Notes under the pieces: model-generated
Seen by the model: the letters and a program-made list of their open reading frames with translations, nothing else
Database searches by the model: none
What the model was told of the DNA's origin: nothing
Shown here: in pieces, positions 43,670 through 55,138 of the stretch
How the letters are laid out: every line of letters begins with the position of its first letter
Numbering within the stretch: the first letter of the stretch is position 1
Made by a program: the position numbers and the translations under genes
Source: Paramoeba atlantica
Lineage: Eukaryota; Protista; Discosea
Reading direction: 5' to 3'
Assembly: GCA_977017575.1 (NCBI GenBank)
Contig: CDRNVI010000069.1
Location: forward strand, 62,001 to 126,000
Length of the DNA stretch: 64,000 bases

Positions 43670-44999
43670 CAGGGGTGAACAGAAATCTTGCCCCCCTCTC
43701 GAAAATATGATTTTTTTTATCTGTTTTTGCTCATCTTTGCAGCATTGGAGAGATCTCGCTTTCCTAGCGAAAGGCTTTGCCGCCTTTTTTTCGTAGGGAC
43801 CCCCTGGTGCTCATACGGCGACCCGAAAATCGACCAAAAACAAGATTTTGGAAAACTCAGATTTTGAAAATTACATGGGAAAATGCGTTTAAAGTGAACC
43901 AATATTCGCAAGTTTACAGTTTTTCAAAAAAGAAAATCCTTTTTTTCTCATACTCTAAACTTTTCTTAACTTGTACATGCTTACTTCTTACAAATGAACG
44001 CATGCACGGAATTGCTTCGAATTTACTAAAACTTTAAACAATGGATAACCCCGTTACACTTCAAACTTCCGGTGCATACCTCTGCTTATGCTTGTATTCG
44101 GTATCCTTCTTTTCCAGCCTCCGACCTGGAACAACACTGTCCCGCTTCAGATGCTTTTTGGCCATGGAGTTAGCGCACTCCATAGTGCTCGTGTGCACAC
44201 CTTCAGTTGTAATCCACTGTCTTTTGTAGCTAACACTTTCGCTTTTTTTACCAGAAATGAGAAAAGTGCGAATATTGGTTCAGTTTCACCGAAAATGCAG
44301 AAAATGCCGATCAGTAAGAACTAATACGTGATTTAAACTTTATAGATTAGTACCCAGAATGTCCGCCGTCATTTTCTAATACTATTCGGAGTCTTTTGGG
44401 AACTGAGTTAATTGTATTCATTACTTTTTGCTTTTCTGGAGATCTTTTTATGGCATTGAACGCCTTTTTTATGGCCTCTATGAGTGTTTCGTGGTTGTGT
44501 GCCTTAAATTTGTTCAACACAATGTTGTTCATTTGACCCCAAACGTTTTCTACGGGGTTAAGGTAGGGGGAATTTGGGGGCTAGTCCAACATTTGAATAT
44601 TCTCGTTGGTCAATTTAGATTTTACCATATTACTATCCCCCCCTATCGTAGCGTTGCCTGGTTTCGGGAAAAAGTAACGCTAATGAGGGGGGGTACCGAG
44701 GCAACGCTAGGATAGGGGGGATAGTATGTGTATTGGCGGTGTCCATTTGTACCACTACATCGTGTACATGACCCGTAAGGTACTCTAAGAAACCGTTTGA
44801 TTTATAAAAAGATTGAAGAATCACTTCCCCAGTGACCTTATGTGCATTCTCGTATGTGCACCCGTCGTTGGGCTCAAAAACGTGTAAAAATAGCCCATGA
44901 TCAATACTTGTACCTATCCAAGCCATTACCCCCTTCCCCCCATACCACCTCCGATTTCTTCGGCGTGGTTTTCTTGGGCTAGATTTCTGTTCACCCCTG
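43670..44999 (-). mobile_element. Non-autonomous Tc1-like element (DD32E, 5'-deleted transposase)
   Basis: TA|CAGGGGTGAACAGAAATCT TIR at both ends; WYGGKGVMAWIG..QMDTANTH..LD*PPNSPYLNPVENVWG..DGGHSGY*. Confidence 0.88.
44633..44724. mobile_element. 92-bp mini-MITE nested in the Tc1 transposase
   Basis: TA|CTATCCCCCCTATC.TAGCGTTGCCT...AGGCAACGCTAGGATAGGGGGGATAG|TA; removal restores the frame. Confidence 0.88.
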
Positions 45000-45157
45000 T
45001 ACAACCTACCTATGTGGTAGTGTAGCCTTCTGCAACATTATTGTCAGAAGATACATCTTTTTGGGAGCCGTGGCATGCCTCCCAAAATGACCCAATTTTG
45101 ACCAAAATATGCGAAAAATCAATTTTTCCCCAAAGGGGTCTTTCTGTGTTGGAAAAT

Positions 45158-45392
45158 CGAGTTGGCCATTATTTTGGCTCAAAACCCAGTTGGCTACCCT
45201 CTGAAAGTGTGACCAGCTGGCCATCCCACGAAAAAATGGCCAGCTGGCCACCTCCTGAAAAAGTGGCCATCTGGCTATCACCTGAAAAAGTCGCCAGCAG
45301 ACCACCTCGTGAAAAAATGGCCAGCTAGCAACTCTCTGAAAAAGTGGCCAGCTGGCTACCTCGTGGGAAAGTGGCGAGCTGGCCACTTTTTT
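45158..45392. repeat. 27-bp tandem array with palindromic core
   Basis: About 9 units of GAAAAAGTGGCCAGCTGGCCACCTCCT-like sequence; CAGCTGG registers at 45214, 45241 and 45349. Confidence 0.9.
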
Positions 45393-45598
45393 AAGATGTT
45401 GCGATTGATCTTACTGGACAAAAACAACCTAAATTAAGCAATTGGTTTCTCGAAAAAAACAACACCTTTTGCTTCACACTTCTTGTTTACACATTTTATC
45501 AAAAACATTTAATTTTTGTTTGCACAAACAACGTTTAGTGAAGCCAGTTTCTTTGACTGTAATTTTTCTTTGACTGTACATTCTTGAATCAATTGTTT

Positions 45599-46171
45599 CT
45601 ATGTTTTGATAATTTTAGTCTCTTTCGTGAATAGTGCTAATGATTTTGGAAGTTGTGCCATCTGTACGACTCCATAGAGAGAGGTATTGAAGCCCAGATG
45701 TAGAAAGCGCAAGTTCGGAGGAAGATTAGAAAGATCAACTTCACCTGTAAAAACGTTTCCCTGAAGATCAATAACTAACATAGAAGTCGGGAGCACCGTA
45801 AAATCTAAACCACCGCTCATTTTATTTCCTGGAGCGTTCAGAAACGTCATCCCCCGAGGAAGCAATTTAAAGTCCAATGGGCCATGTAAACTATTGTAGA
45901 ACACGTGAAGAACCAGCAGCGTACACGGTGCAGAAGCCCACTGTAACTTTCCTGATAGGTTTTCAGAACCCCAGCATATATCTGTCACTTTCTCCTTGTC
46001 ATTGCATGTTACGCCATGCCAGTGGCAAGCAGGTACATCGGATTTCCATGTAGAGTGAGGAGGCTCTATGTCCTTGACAAATCTCTCAAGCTCGTACTCT
46101 TGTGGAAGACCTGCGTGACGTACTTTTGAGGTCCGAGCTTCGGAGCGATCATCTTGTAGTGCGCCGTGCAT
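45599..46171 (-). CDS. Small plant-specific-type LRR protein
   Basis: RTSKVRHAGLPQEYEL..PACHWHGVTC plus about 4 LRRs. Confidence 0.9.
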   Translation of the reverse strand: MHGALQDDRSEARTSKVRHAGLPQEYELERFVKDIEPPHSTWKSDVPACHWHGVTCNDKEKVTDICWGSENLSGKLQWASAPCTLLVLHVFYNSLHGPLDFKLLPRGMTFLNAPGNKMSGGLDFTVLPTSMLVIDLQGNVFTGEVDLSNLPPNLRFLHLGFNTSLYGVVQMAQLPKSLALFTKETKIIKT

Positions 46172-46441
46172 AGCTATTCAAGCAATATCTTGAAAGACCA
46201 CAAAAAAAGAAAATTCGATGTTCGAAACGTTATAGCAGAAAATGACAGGTATCTATTGTCGCCTTACATTTTATAATTTTCTTTTTACGACAAGACAAAA
46301 AATTGCTCAAGAAATCTGAGAGCATTATCTGGTTAGAGCGTTCTCAAAACGGGTTTGCGCCAAGTGATCTACAGCTCGTTCGAGAGCACGGAGGTTCGAG
46401 CTTTTAGGAACACTGGTTCGAAAATTTACGTCAGAATTCCA

Positions 46442-47980
46442 TCAGTATCTGCAGCCAATGTCGCTGAAAACAACGTCATTGGGATGGTTTTCGTACACGA
46501 GAGCCATGGCAGGAAATGAGGCAGTGGTACTATCAAATGAAAGAGCATTAAAATTGTCAGTCTCCAAGGGTTGGCCATTACCTACTGCTGCAGCATTGAA
46601 CTTCTCTCGTGGCCCACTGCAGTTGGAACCCGTGAAAACTTGGTTCGTCCTCCACCCCTCATTTCGTTCAGACTCATACGATTGATAGATGTTTTGCATC
46701 GGTAATGAGTAATTCTCACCTGAACGAGAATACAATGTCAACGCTTTTCCGGATGCACAGCTCGTTATAATTTGACCTTCCCCTATACAGCAAAGTCGTT
46801 TGTTGGCAATCTGATTGCCGCTGATAACGTGGGTGCCATGAAGAGGCACTTGTGTGCTCCATAACCGTTGTTTCGTAGCCCAGCAATATTCGGAAAGAAT
46901 CCCATTGCATTCTTGAACGTAGAAGGAATGAGAGTTTGTTGCGGACCGACATGCACTACGCACTTTACAAGACGAAGAGGAAAACAAAAGTCCACTGTTG
47001 TAAGAGCGTCGCAAAAAGGAGTGCGTTGAGCTACCGATATCCCAGTGATCTACATTCGAAGTGTTGCGAACATCAAAACTGTACAGTTTGAGATCGTCAT
47101 GAAGAATGAAAATGTGGTTGCGATCGGCATAGAAGCAATTCCGAGAGTTTTCTGTAGGGTTCATGGACGTATCTAAAAATTCGTTTCGAGTGGATACCGC
47201 GTCAATCCCAAACTGTGGGGCACAGTGACTTGACCATATGGCCTTTGGAGTTCCTTTCGGAGATGTATGTATGGGAGGATTGGAGAAGTTTAAGAGCGGT
47301 GCCTGGGCCTTTTCAGTGTGGGGTAGTACATATTTTGGACTCTCAGTCGCTTGACATCGTATATCCCATAAAACAATGGAGCCTCCGCACGATACAGCAG
47401 TAACACAATGCGGTGATACCCATGTAAAATCGACGAACGCTTCCATAGAAGTTGATGCTTCACGAGAGTCTGCTGTCGTCACATTTTCCGAGTCAACGTC
47501 CACGACGCACAATCGATATGAATTATGAAGCGCAACTTTTCCCCAGGCGTTCGGAAGATTACACCAAAGTGCATTGCTTATGGATTCACCATTATTCAAC
47601 CGATTATTTCTTTTATGTATAAAAATTTCTACGCTGCTCACACACTCTTTTCTTTTCCAAATATGATATCGTGTATCGCAAAAATGCGTAGAGAGCAAAA
47701 TAAGGCCATCTGGATCCCAACGAACAACAGACGAAAAATCCGAAGAGCTGTCTGAGCCATCCAAAGCAGCGACTGTTTGTGGTTCTATTTTTGAAGCCAA
47801 TTTTGGTGTATTCAATCTAACACCGTAAGACGCGAAACTGAATTGACGCAGTTTAAAACGCTCCATAGTTCGCAGAGTAAAAAGAAATGGGTCCTTTGAT
47901 GCCCAAATCGGTGCATATATTTGCATTGCAAGGACAGTTTTCCCATTGTTAGCTGAACATGAATAGTTAGCTTCTCTCAT
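46442..47980 (-). CDS. WD40/beta-propeller-like protein
   Basis: VRWDPDGLILLS..YHIWK; VDFTWVSP..VSCGGSIVLWDIR; LYSFDVR. Confidence 0.55.
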   Translation of the reverse strand: MREANYSCSANNGKTVLAMQIYAPIWASKDPFLFTLRTMERFKLRQFSFASYGVRLNTPKLASKIEPQTVAALDGSDSSSDFSSVVRWDPDGLILLSTHFCDTRYHIWKRKECVSSVEIFIHKRNNRLNNGESISNALWCNLPNAWGKVALHNSYRLCVVDVDSENVTTADSREASTSMEAFVDFTWVSPHCVTAVSCGGSIVLWDIRCQATESPKYVLPHTEKAQAPLLNFSNPPIHTSPKGTPKAIWSSHCAPQFGIDAVSTRNEFLDTSMNPTENSRNCFYADRNHIFILHDDLKLYSFDVRNTSNVDHWDIGSSTHSFLRRSYNSGLLFSSSSCKVRSACRSATNSHSFYVQECNGILSEYCWATKQRLWSTQVPLHGTHVISGNQIANKRLCCIGEGQIITSCASGKALTLYSRSGENYSLPMQNIYQSYESERNEGWRTNQVFTGSNCSGPREKFNAAAVGNGQPLETDNFNALSFDSTTASFPAMALVYENHPNDVVFSDIGCRY

Positions 47981-48423
47981 TATCCAATGCTTTCGTCTTC
48001 ATGAATGAGACAAACTCCGCGAAAAACGTTTTGAAATTGGAATATGCCTTTTCCTTTCAAACTTAAAAGGTTATTAAACTTCGCATGATGAATACTGGAA
48101 AACACACCAGCGCTGAAGCAGAGAAATCGCAGATTGTTTTAAGCTAATTTTGCTTTTGATGGCTTTGATGCGAACTGCCCTTGAATAATTCATGGCACGA
48201 TGACAAGCTAGAGGTAAAAAAGGTTGCTATAGATAGAGTAAATAAAATTGCGAAAATACTAAAATAATTTTAACCACTGCGCAGCACCGTTTTGCGTTTT
48301 AGTCTTGGGCGATAAATATTTTCTTGCCTTCCGGAAGCTATGAAATGAAGGAAAATCTATTTGTAATTTACCGTATCTAGTTTAGCATACACCAAGGTGA
48401 TGTAGACCAACTATTTTAACATA

Positions 48424-48837
48424 AATCAGTAGACTAAAATTGCTAATTGTATCAAACCGCATCAAACTGGGGCGTGCATCATAATCATCATTCAGAGATA
48501 GCACAGTAACGTACGTATTCATTTTATCATACACCAACATGCATGACGCAAAACAAAATTTTAACCAGTACATCTGGAGTAAATATTTACATGAATCAGT
48601 AGACTAAAATTGCTAATTGTATCAAACCGCATCAAACTGGGGCGTGCATCATAATTGTCATTCAGAGATAGCACAGTAACGTACGTATTCATTTTATCAT
48701 ACACCAACATGCATGACGCAAAACAAAATTTTAGCCAGCACATCTGGAATAAATATTTACATGAATCAGTAGACTAAAATTGCTAATTGTATCAAACCAC
48801 ATCAAACTGGGGCGTGCAGTATAATCATCATTCAGAG
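48424..48837. repeat. 170-bp tandem repeat (about 2.5 units)
   Basis: AATCAGTAGACTAAAATTGCTAATTGTATCAAACC at about 48424, 48594 and 48764. Confidence 0.92.
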
Positions 48838-48847
48838 AGGCAATATA

Positions 48848-49320
48848 CAGGGGCTTGTTACATATGTACAAACCTTATGTAGCAATAAACAGGGGTGAAA
48901 ATCCGATGCTGGGGGGGTCTAAAATTTGCAATTTTTGCATAATTTTGGAAAATAATAGCGCATTTGAGAGCTCTAGCAGAGATCCATGTTTTGGCGTTAT
49001 TATCATGCTAAAAGAAAGCAAATTTGAAAAGGGCATTTTTTTTAAAAGTGTTTTACCCCCCTAAAATTTTGCTGCGTTTTCAATTTTCGCAGTTTTTTCC
49101 GTGCTTTTTTTCTTTTCTGCTCACTATTATGCCGCAAAAGCGATCTCGCCCTAAGCAAAACAGGCTTATTTATGGAGTTTTTTATCACGTTTTTTCCAAC
49201 AGGGACAGAAATGAGAAAGCTACGATTACTTCACATGTTTTTAAAGCAGCTATGAAAAAAAGGGGAGGTTTCTTAAGTTACTTGAATCGTCATAGCGATA
49301 CTAGAGTTGCTATAAAAAAA
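48848..49320 (+). mobile_element. Deleted derivative of the DD32E Tc1 family
   Basis: CAGGGG..GGGGGTCTAAAATTTGCAA terminus; MPQKRSR joined directly to LIYGVFYHVFSNRD..KRGGFLSYLNRHSDTRVA, matching the 27.5-kb transposase. Confidence 0.8.
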
Positions 49321-49788
49321 AGTGGCAAAATAAATTTGACACCGCTCCGCGGCGCCCGGTCGGATTTGTCCATAATAAAGGGGGGGATACCCCCTGTCCA
49401 TAGTAAAGGGGGGGCACAGTACATATTTTCCGTTAAATCCATATTTTCCGTTACATTACAGTAAAAGTCATAATTCTATGAATCACTAAAAATGAGAATT
49501 GGGCTGTCAACGTGCAACTAGGAAAAATGAGAATGCGGCCCTAAATGATCATGTCCACGTGGAACTCCAGTTGAACACCGAAAGTGAGAATTGATAAAAA
49601 GAAGAGACAAAAAAAGAGAAGACGAAAAACTTCTATACTGCTTCTGTACTTCCTCTTTGTAACTGCTTGTCAAATGCCTTTCCGACCACGGAGCTCAACA
49701 TATTCAGCTGCGCCAAAAGTAGAAGAGTAGTTGACGAGTAGTGTGTCTAAAAAATGTTCGAAAAATACGACACGTGCCGATATACCAT

Positions 49789-50925
49789 TTATGTTAAGGT
49801 TAGCAGGCGTATTTCCCGCTTTGCGGTTTGACACCCTTTTTTGACCCAAGCATTGTGGAGTACCCATGGAACACAGACGATTCCGTACCGAGGAATTACA
49901 CCTGGGGCAAGGGGTTTGGGAAGGTATGATACTGGAACACGAGGGTAGTACACCCCGTTTTGGTCCCACGTGTTGAAGCCATGCTGTTGACTTAGTTGTA
50001 GCATCGTTTTCGACACGATACATTCCGTGCTCTCGTTGGCGTTGACGATTGATGCAGAAATTCTTTTCATGTCAGGTACCTTATCTAACGAAAATCCCTT
50101 TTCTTGAGTGACCGCGGCCGTATTGCACAGTACATCTTTGTTGATCGCATGAGTTACGCTACATTTAGGAGATATCGGTACCAACTGTGTAGACTGAGAA
50201 TCAGTCAAGTCCCTTGAAGAAACCTTTGTTTTTACTTGATCTCGTTGATGGGATAACAATCCACTCGTTAAAATTGTCTCCGGCCGTAAATACGAGATAG
50301 CATGCTCCAGCAAGGGCCCCTCCTCCGATTCTCTCTCCCTTACTTCCTCCTCAGAGAGAGCCGTAAATGGTTTCACGTCGGAGGCAGATCTCGTCACGGG
50401 CCGCGTGGACGAGTGCAGCGCAGGCGGCATCGGGTGCATCCCCAGCGTAGCCTCCAACGCCGAGAGCAAACTCACAGAAGGACGCCGCCCGGCGGTGATC
50501 CCAAACAGCTGATCTTGGGCCCAAGTACGCATCCGGTTTCGTAGTTGCTCGCGTTGCCCTGGGGTCAGTGTCGAGTGTTTTCTACTACTCCCCTTCTCCT
50601 CCACAGTCGCAAGCGCACGCTGGAGCTTCGCAAAGGAGCGGTACCCACGGCACATGGCAGCGCGCATGGTGAAGTAGCGCAGCTTTTGAACGTTTCGGTG
50701 GAACAATAGACTTTCGGTGTGGCGACAAAGATCATCGTGTAGCGCGTGCTGTTGATCTTTGGCGAGCCACTGCCACCTGTCTCGGGTTCCATATTTCTTC
50801 TCCAACAATTCCATGCCTCCGACCGGATGCGGGTATCCCACTCGTCGAATTTCCCAGCAGGGGTAGCGGTACGGGGTGTCCACCACCGCACGAAATGTTG
50901 CGCGTAGAATACGCCCGTTTAGCAT
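49789..50925 (-). CDS. Hypothetical protein (378 aa, presequence-like start)
   Basis: Intronless ORF MLNGRILRATFR..; no family recognised. Confidence 0.7.
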   Translation of the reverse strand: MLNGRILRATFRAVVDTPYRYPCWEIRRVGYPHPVGGMELLEKKYGTRDRWQWLAKDQQHALHDDLCRHTESLLFHRNVQKLRYFTMRAAMCRGYRSFAKLQRALATVEEKGSSRKHSTLTPGQREQLRNRMRTWAQDQLFGITAGRRPSVSLLSALEATLGMHPMPPALHSSTRPVTRSASDVKPFTALSEEEVRERESEEGPLLEHAISYLRPETILTSGLLSHQRDQVKTKVSSRDLTDSQSTQLVPISPKCSVTHAINKDVLCNTAAVTQEKGFSLDKVPDMKRISASIVNANESTECIVSKTMLQLSQQHGFNTWDQNGVYYPRVPVSYLPKPLAPGVIPRYGIVCVPWVLHNAWVKKGCQTAKREIRLLTLT

Positions 50926-52491
50926 TGTAAGTTCAGTATGATGAGAAATTCAAAACAAATTGGAAACAAATTTGAGAAATGGAAGAGTACATGTGTTTCT
51001 TTTCCATTATATACTCAATACATGATGTAGTGGAACTTAGCGTAAGCGAATTCGACAATGAGTAATAGATCCTGTGCATCTACAATGTAGATAAAAAGAA
51101 ACAGAAGTATAAATACAGGGGCTACTAAAGGCGAGGTGGGTCTCCAATTTGTAAAAATGAAAACAAGCAACTGTGCATATTTTTAAGCCCAAAACTAGCA
51201 ATTGTATGTAAAACAGGTCGCAAACATGAAACAATAAAAAATTGTCCAATTTTGAAAATACAGTTCCCCCTATTCAGTATATAGCAGGGCCCGCGGAAAC
51301 TTTTTAAAAGCTAAAAAAAGTTTTTCAGATCATCGAAAGCGCTTTAAAAACGCTTTTCGAGCTCTTTTTAGCTTTCGAGAGCACCTTTACCCTGCGGACA
51401 CACCTACAGGCGAAAACTTCGTCAGGAGGGGGGTCTAAAATTCGTAAAAATTGTCCAATTTCGGAAATACAGCTCCTCCTATTCAGTGTTTACACTGTTT
51501 AGTAGACTGTAGCACAAGTTTTAGACCTCCCAAGTCCTACTTCAAAACCCTTCTCTACGTATTTCTGTGTAAATCATGGTTTGACGGTCAGGCCGTTAAA
51601 CAGAAGTTTGTTTCGTGTCCGCATATCACGTAATCGGAGCCAATTGTGTTTGGTGTTTGTTGGGAGGCTACCGAGGCCACTATCTTTACGTAAAAGAAAA
51701 CTTTTTTAACACTTTTTACATTCCAGAGTTTTCCAACACAACGTTGGGTGGAGGAGGAAACGGAATTATACTTGTAAATTGATTACGTGACAAATTGATC
51801 GAATCGATGCTAGAAGAAATCCCTTGGACGTCGGCAATCCCTTCAAATTGGTTATCATGCAACCATAATGTTGATAGCTGAGGTGGAAGAGAGTCAAATT
51901 GCAAAGTTCCGGAAAACCAGTTTTCTCGGAAAGAGAAAAAATGAGCACTGGACGGAAGCGTGGTGAGGTCTAACGTACCCGAAAGATGATTGGCTGCCAA
52001 TATCAGCGTTCTTAAGGCTTGCGGCAAGGTACTTGTCAGCACGTTTCCCACTAACTTGTTAAAAGAAAAGGACAGAGATACGAGGCAAGGTGGAAGCTGA
52101 TCAATTCCATGAGCAGTACAAATCTTATTATGAGAAAGCATTATCTTGGATAGAGTACGAGGGACATATTGCAAATTAATAGAGCCAGAAAGGTTTTCTT
52201 TTTCCCATGAAAGGTGTCGAACTGTTTCATTGACACATTTGATGCCTTTCCAAGAACAGGCATCTGTTTCAACAGTCCATGAGGCGTCGCATCCTGACAA
52301 GTTGGCAATCATTCGCGCAAGGTGAAAAGCGGGCGGAAGTACTGCACCGCGTACCCTTCCTGCTCGGGTAGAGAGCGCTGGACTTTCATCCCTCTGAAAG
52401 GATAGCTGCATGCGCAAAAGAACAATTGATTTCGTAGAACTAGGTTTTATTGAAAGAATTGTGTTCTACTAAAACGGTGTCAACACGATGA
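50923..52491. repeat. 1.57-kb segmental duplication, copy 2
   Basis: Partner of 41393-42976. Confidence 0.97.
51716..52417 (-). CDS. Small plant-specific-type LRR protein (duplicate B)
   Basis: Differs from 42186-42881 at five residues. Confidence 0.9.
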   Translation of the reverse strand: MRMQLSFQRDESPALSTRAGRVRGAVLPPAFHLARMIANLSGCDASWTVETDACSWKGIKCVNETVRHLSWEKENLSGSINLQYVPRTLSKIMLSHNKICTAHGIDQLPPCLVSLSFSFNKLVGNVLTSTLPQALRTLILAANHLSGTLDLTTLPSSAHFFSFRENWFSGTLQFDSLPPQLSTLWLHDNQFEGIADVQGISSSIDSINLSRNQFTSIIPFPPPPNVVLENSGM

Positions 52492-52620
52492 TCCAAAAAT
52501 CATCTTTCATCATAGAACAAACGAAAACATCTCACAGGGGGTGCTACTTGTACAAGAACAAGAGAAGACGCGATACAATGAAACGCATGATTTCCTCGCT
52601 CCCTTCCCTCGTCGGATGTT

Positions 52621-53547
52621 TCACGCTTCTCCTGCCTCGGACAGCGACAACCCCCCCGGGGGGTGCTGCACGCCCCATTCCACGTACTCGCGATGCCGGG
52701 TGCCTCGGAACCCATCCAAGGCGTTGTCCGAGACATCCACCTGGGCGGTACGCGGGAGTGAGGTGAAATCCACGACCCCCACAAAGGCATTGCGCTGCAA
52801 GTGAAGCACCGAGAGGGTCGCGGGGAGTGCCGTGAGGTCCAGTGGCCCCCGCAGCGCGTTGTCCTGTAAGCGAAGGGAGAGGAACTGCGGGGGGAGACGG
52901 GTGAGGGAGATCTCACCGGAGAGGGCGTTGTCATAGGCCCATAAGATCGCGAGCCGAGGGGGGAGATGGGTAAGATGGATTTTTCCGGTAAATTTGTTCT
53001 CCCCAAGGTGGAGTACTTTTAAGGAGAGGGGAAGAGATGTGAGGGAAAGTTTCCCGGAAAGGGTATTGCGAGTGACGGAAAATTCATGTAGAGTTGGGGG
53101 AAGAGAGTTCCACTCAATCTCTCCATCAAAATTACAGTAGGACGCGTAGAAAGTAAGCAGTCTTTGAGGAAGTTCAGGAGTATGAATTCGGCCCGAAAAA
53201 TGTCGTGGACTCGCGGGCTGTCCACCAATTCGAAGCGTACGTACGGTCATTGGAAGGGCATCCCAGTTGAGCTCACCGAGGGGATCGGAATATGGTGTCC
53301 AGTTAATTCCCAAAACATTGGCCTCATCATCGCAGACAACTCCGCCCCACTCACACACGGGCGTGCTATCATTCCAACTCCAATGAGGGGAGGATAGAAG
53401 CCGAACAAAACGTTGCATCTCAATTTGAGGACCTACGTGCGTACGGTGAATCTTTCCCAGACGATGCCGTTTGACTGGGTTTGGCTCATCAAGGGCAAAA
53501 AAGACGAGCATGTGGAAGGAAATCAATAAAATAAAAAGCAAAACCAA
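52621..53547 (-). CDS. Small plant-specific-type LRR protein with hydrophobic N-terminus
   Basis: MVLLFILLISFHMLVFFA (signal-like), RLGKIHR..TPVCEWGGVVC plus about 7 LRRs. Confidence 0.92.
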   Translation of the reverse strand: MVLLFILLISFHMLVFFALDEPNPVKRHRLGKIHRTHVGPQIEMQRFVRLLSSPHWSWNDSTPVCEWGGVVCDDEANVLGINWTPYSDPLGELNWDALPMTVRTLRIGGQPASPRHFSGRIHTPELPQRLLTFYASYCNFDGEIEWNSLPPTLHEFSVTRNTLSGKLSLTSLPLSLKVLHLGENKFTGKIHLTHLPPRLAILWAYDNALSGEISLTRLPPQFLSLRLQDNALRGPLDLTALPATLSVLHLQRNAFVGVVDFTSLPRTAQVDVSDNALDGFRGTRHREYVEWGVQHPPGGLSLSEAGEA

Positions 53548-54017
53548 AAATGTAGATCACAATGTTTAATACACACACCTTTTACTTCCTTTCCATGAGT
53601 GTTAATTTACCTGTACGCTCTCCTACTTACGGTTACAAGTTACAATTTTCGGATTATAAGCTATACTCCGAACTTACTTGTTTGCAAATTATAAATAAAC
53701 TATGGGAGTGAGAGGGATAGGTATCTTTTAAAAAGATTTAGCAAAGTTTAAAATTAGGGGTACGTATCCACTACGTTGATTTGTCAACAAAGTGGTTGCC
53801 ACTTGGGCAGTCGCTCAGCATCATTGCTCTCATCATCAAGTGAATCTAAAGTCCGGCTCCCGTAGTGTTTTCGTAAGCCCCAGATTACGTACAAAGTAGT
53901 ACGATGTGCGTTCCCTGAACGCCTTGAAATTATTCAATCCAAAAGCGGTATAGACCAAAAAAAGATAGATGTGCACATAAACAACCGCGTTCTGCATTGT
54001 ATTACGAAAGATGACTA

Positions 54018-54686
54018 CTAAGAAACAATTGCTACTCCACGAATAAGCTGAGGAATTTCTTTTTGTCTCGTCCACACTTTGTTTCCGAACAAATCGATAA
54101 CAGAGATATCGGGGGAAAGAACAGGAAAACTTACTTCTCCGGAAAATTGATTACGTGCAAGATGAAGGGTTCGAAGTGACTCAGGTAGAGAAACGAACGA
54201 AAGTCCACCGCTTAGATTATTGCAGGAGATGCTAAGAACTCGCAAGCGCTGGGGCAGTTGCGCCAGGTCAAGACCACCTTCAAAGCGGTTACAGCCTGCG
54301 TAAAATTCCTCGAGATTACCGGGCAAATCGTTTGTACATATTGGCCCTGAAAAGCGGAAAGTCTCAAAATTGTATTTTCGGATGTCCAACAAAAGGAGGG
54401 TTGGTGGTAGATGCTTCCATTCCAACTCACCACCCGATGTGCTTCCCCTCCATACAATTTTGTTCACTGTTTGTTTATCACTTTCACAATAGACTCCTGC
54501 CCAATGAATGACTTCGTTGTCAGATCGCCAGCTTTCATGTGGATTTTTTACTTTCTGTGTAAATCTTGACAATTCGTATTCAACAGGAAACGCGCTACTG
54601 CGAACTTTACCCAGGCGAACACTAGGATCTGAATCGCAACAATTGATAGAGGCTAGGGTTAGACGTGAGAAATGCTTATCGTGCAT
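54018..54686 (-). CDS. Small plant-specific-type LRR protein
   Basis: DPSVRLGKVRSSAFPVEYEL..HWAGVYC plus about 4 LRRs. Confidence 0.9.
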   Translation of the reverse strand: MHDKHFSRLTLASINCCDSDPSVRLGKVRSSAFPVEYELSRFTQKVKNPHESWRSDNEVIHWAGVYCESDKQTVNKIVWRGSTSGGELEWKHLPPTLLLLDIRKYNFETFRFSGPICTNDLPGNLEEFYAGCNRFEGGLDLAQLPQRLRVLSISCNNLSGGLSFVSLPESLRTLHLARNQFSGEVSFPVLSPDISVIDLFGNKVWTRQKEIPQLIRGVAIVS

Positions 54687-55138
54687 AGTATGGTGATAAA
54701 TCTTCTTAGTAAAACAAAACTATCTACTTGCCAATCTTCTTTCCTATGCACAACTTGAACAAACCAGATTTTCGGCTTTGCATGCCCCCAGTGTGCTAAT
54801 TTACAGTTTTTAAATCTGATACGATTGCACAATTGTGCTAAACCGGAGATCACTTTGCTAAATAGTGCTACTTCATGTCATTAGTTAAATTAGACACTGT
54901 ACTCCATGTCATGCGTAATTGCTCGTTTCGCATTTCGACAACGATAATAAAGTTATCACGAAATCTACAGGCCGTCTCTGTACATCAAACTAATCTTTAT
55001 ACATCTCCTCTACAATCGTTTTATACACTCTACACGATTTCTGGAGTTGGGCTTTCGTCTACCGAAAAAACCACAATCCTAAAAATCCCTTCTCACCGGG
55101 GTAAAAACTAAAACCAACCCCTTCGGTCTATCCTCCCC

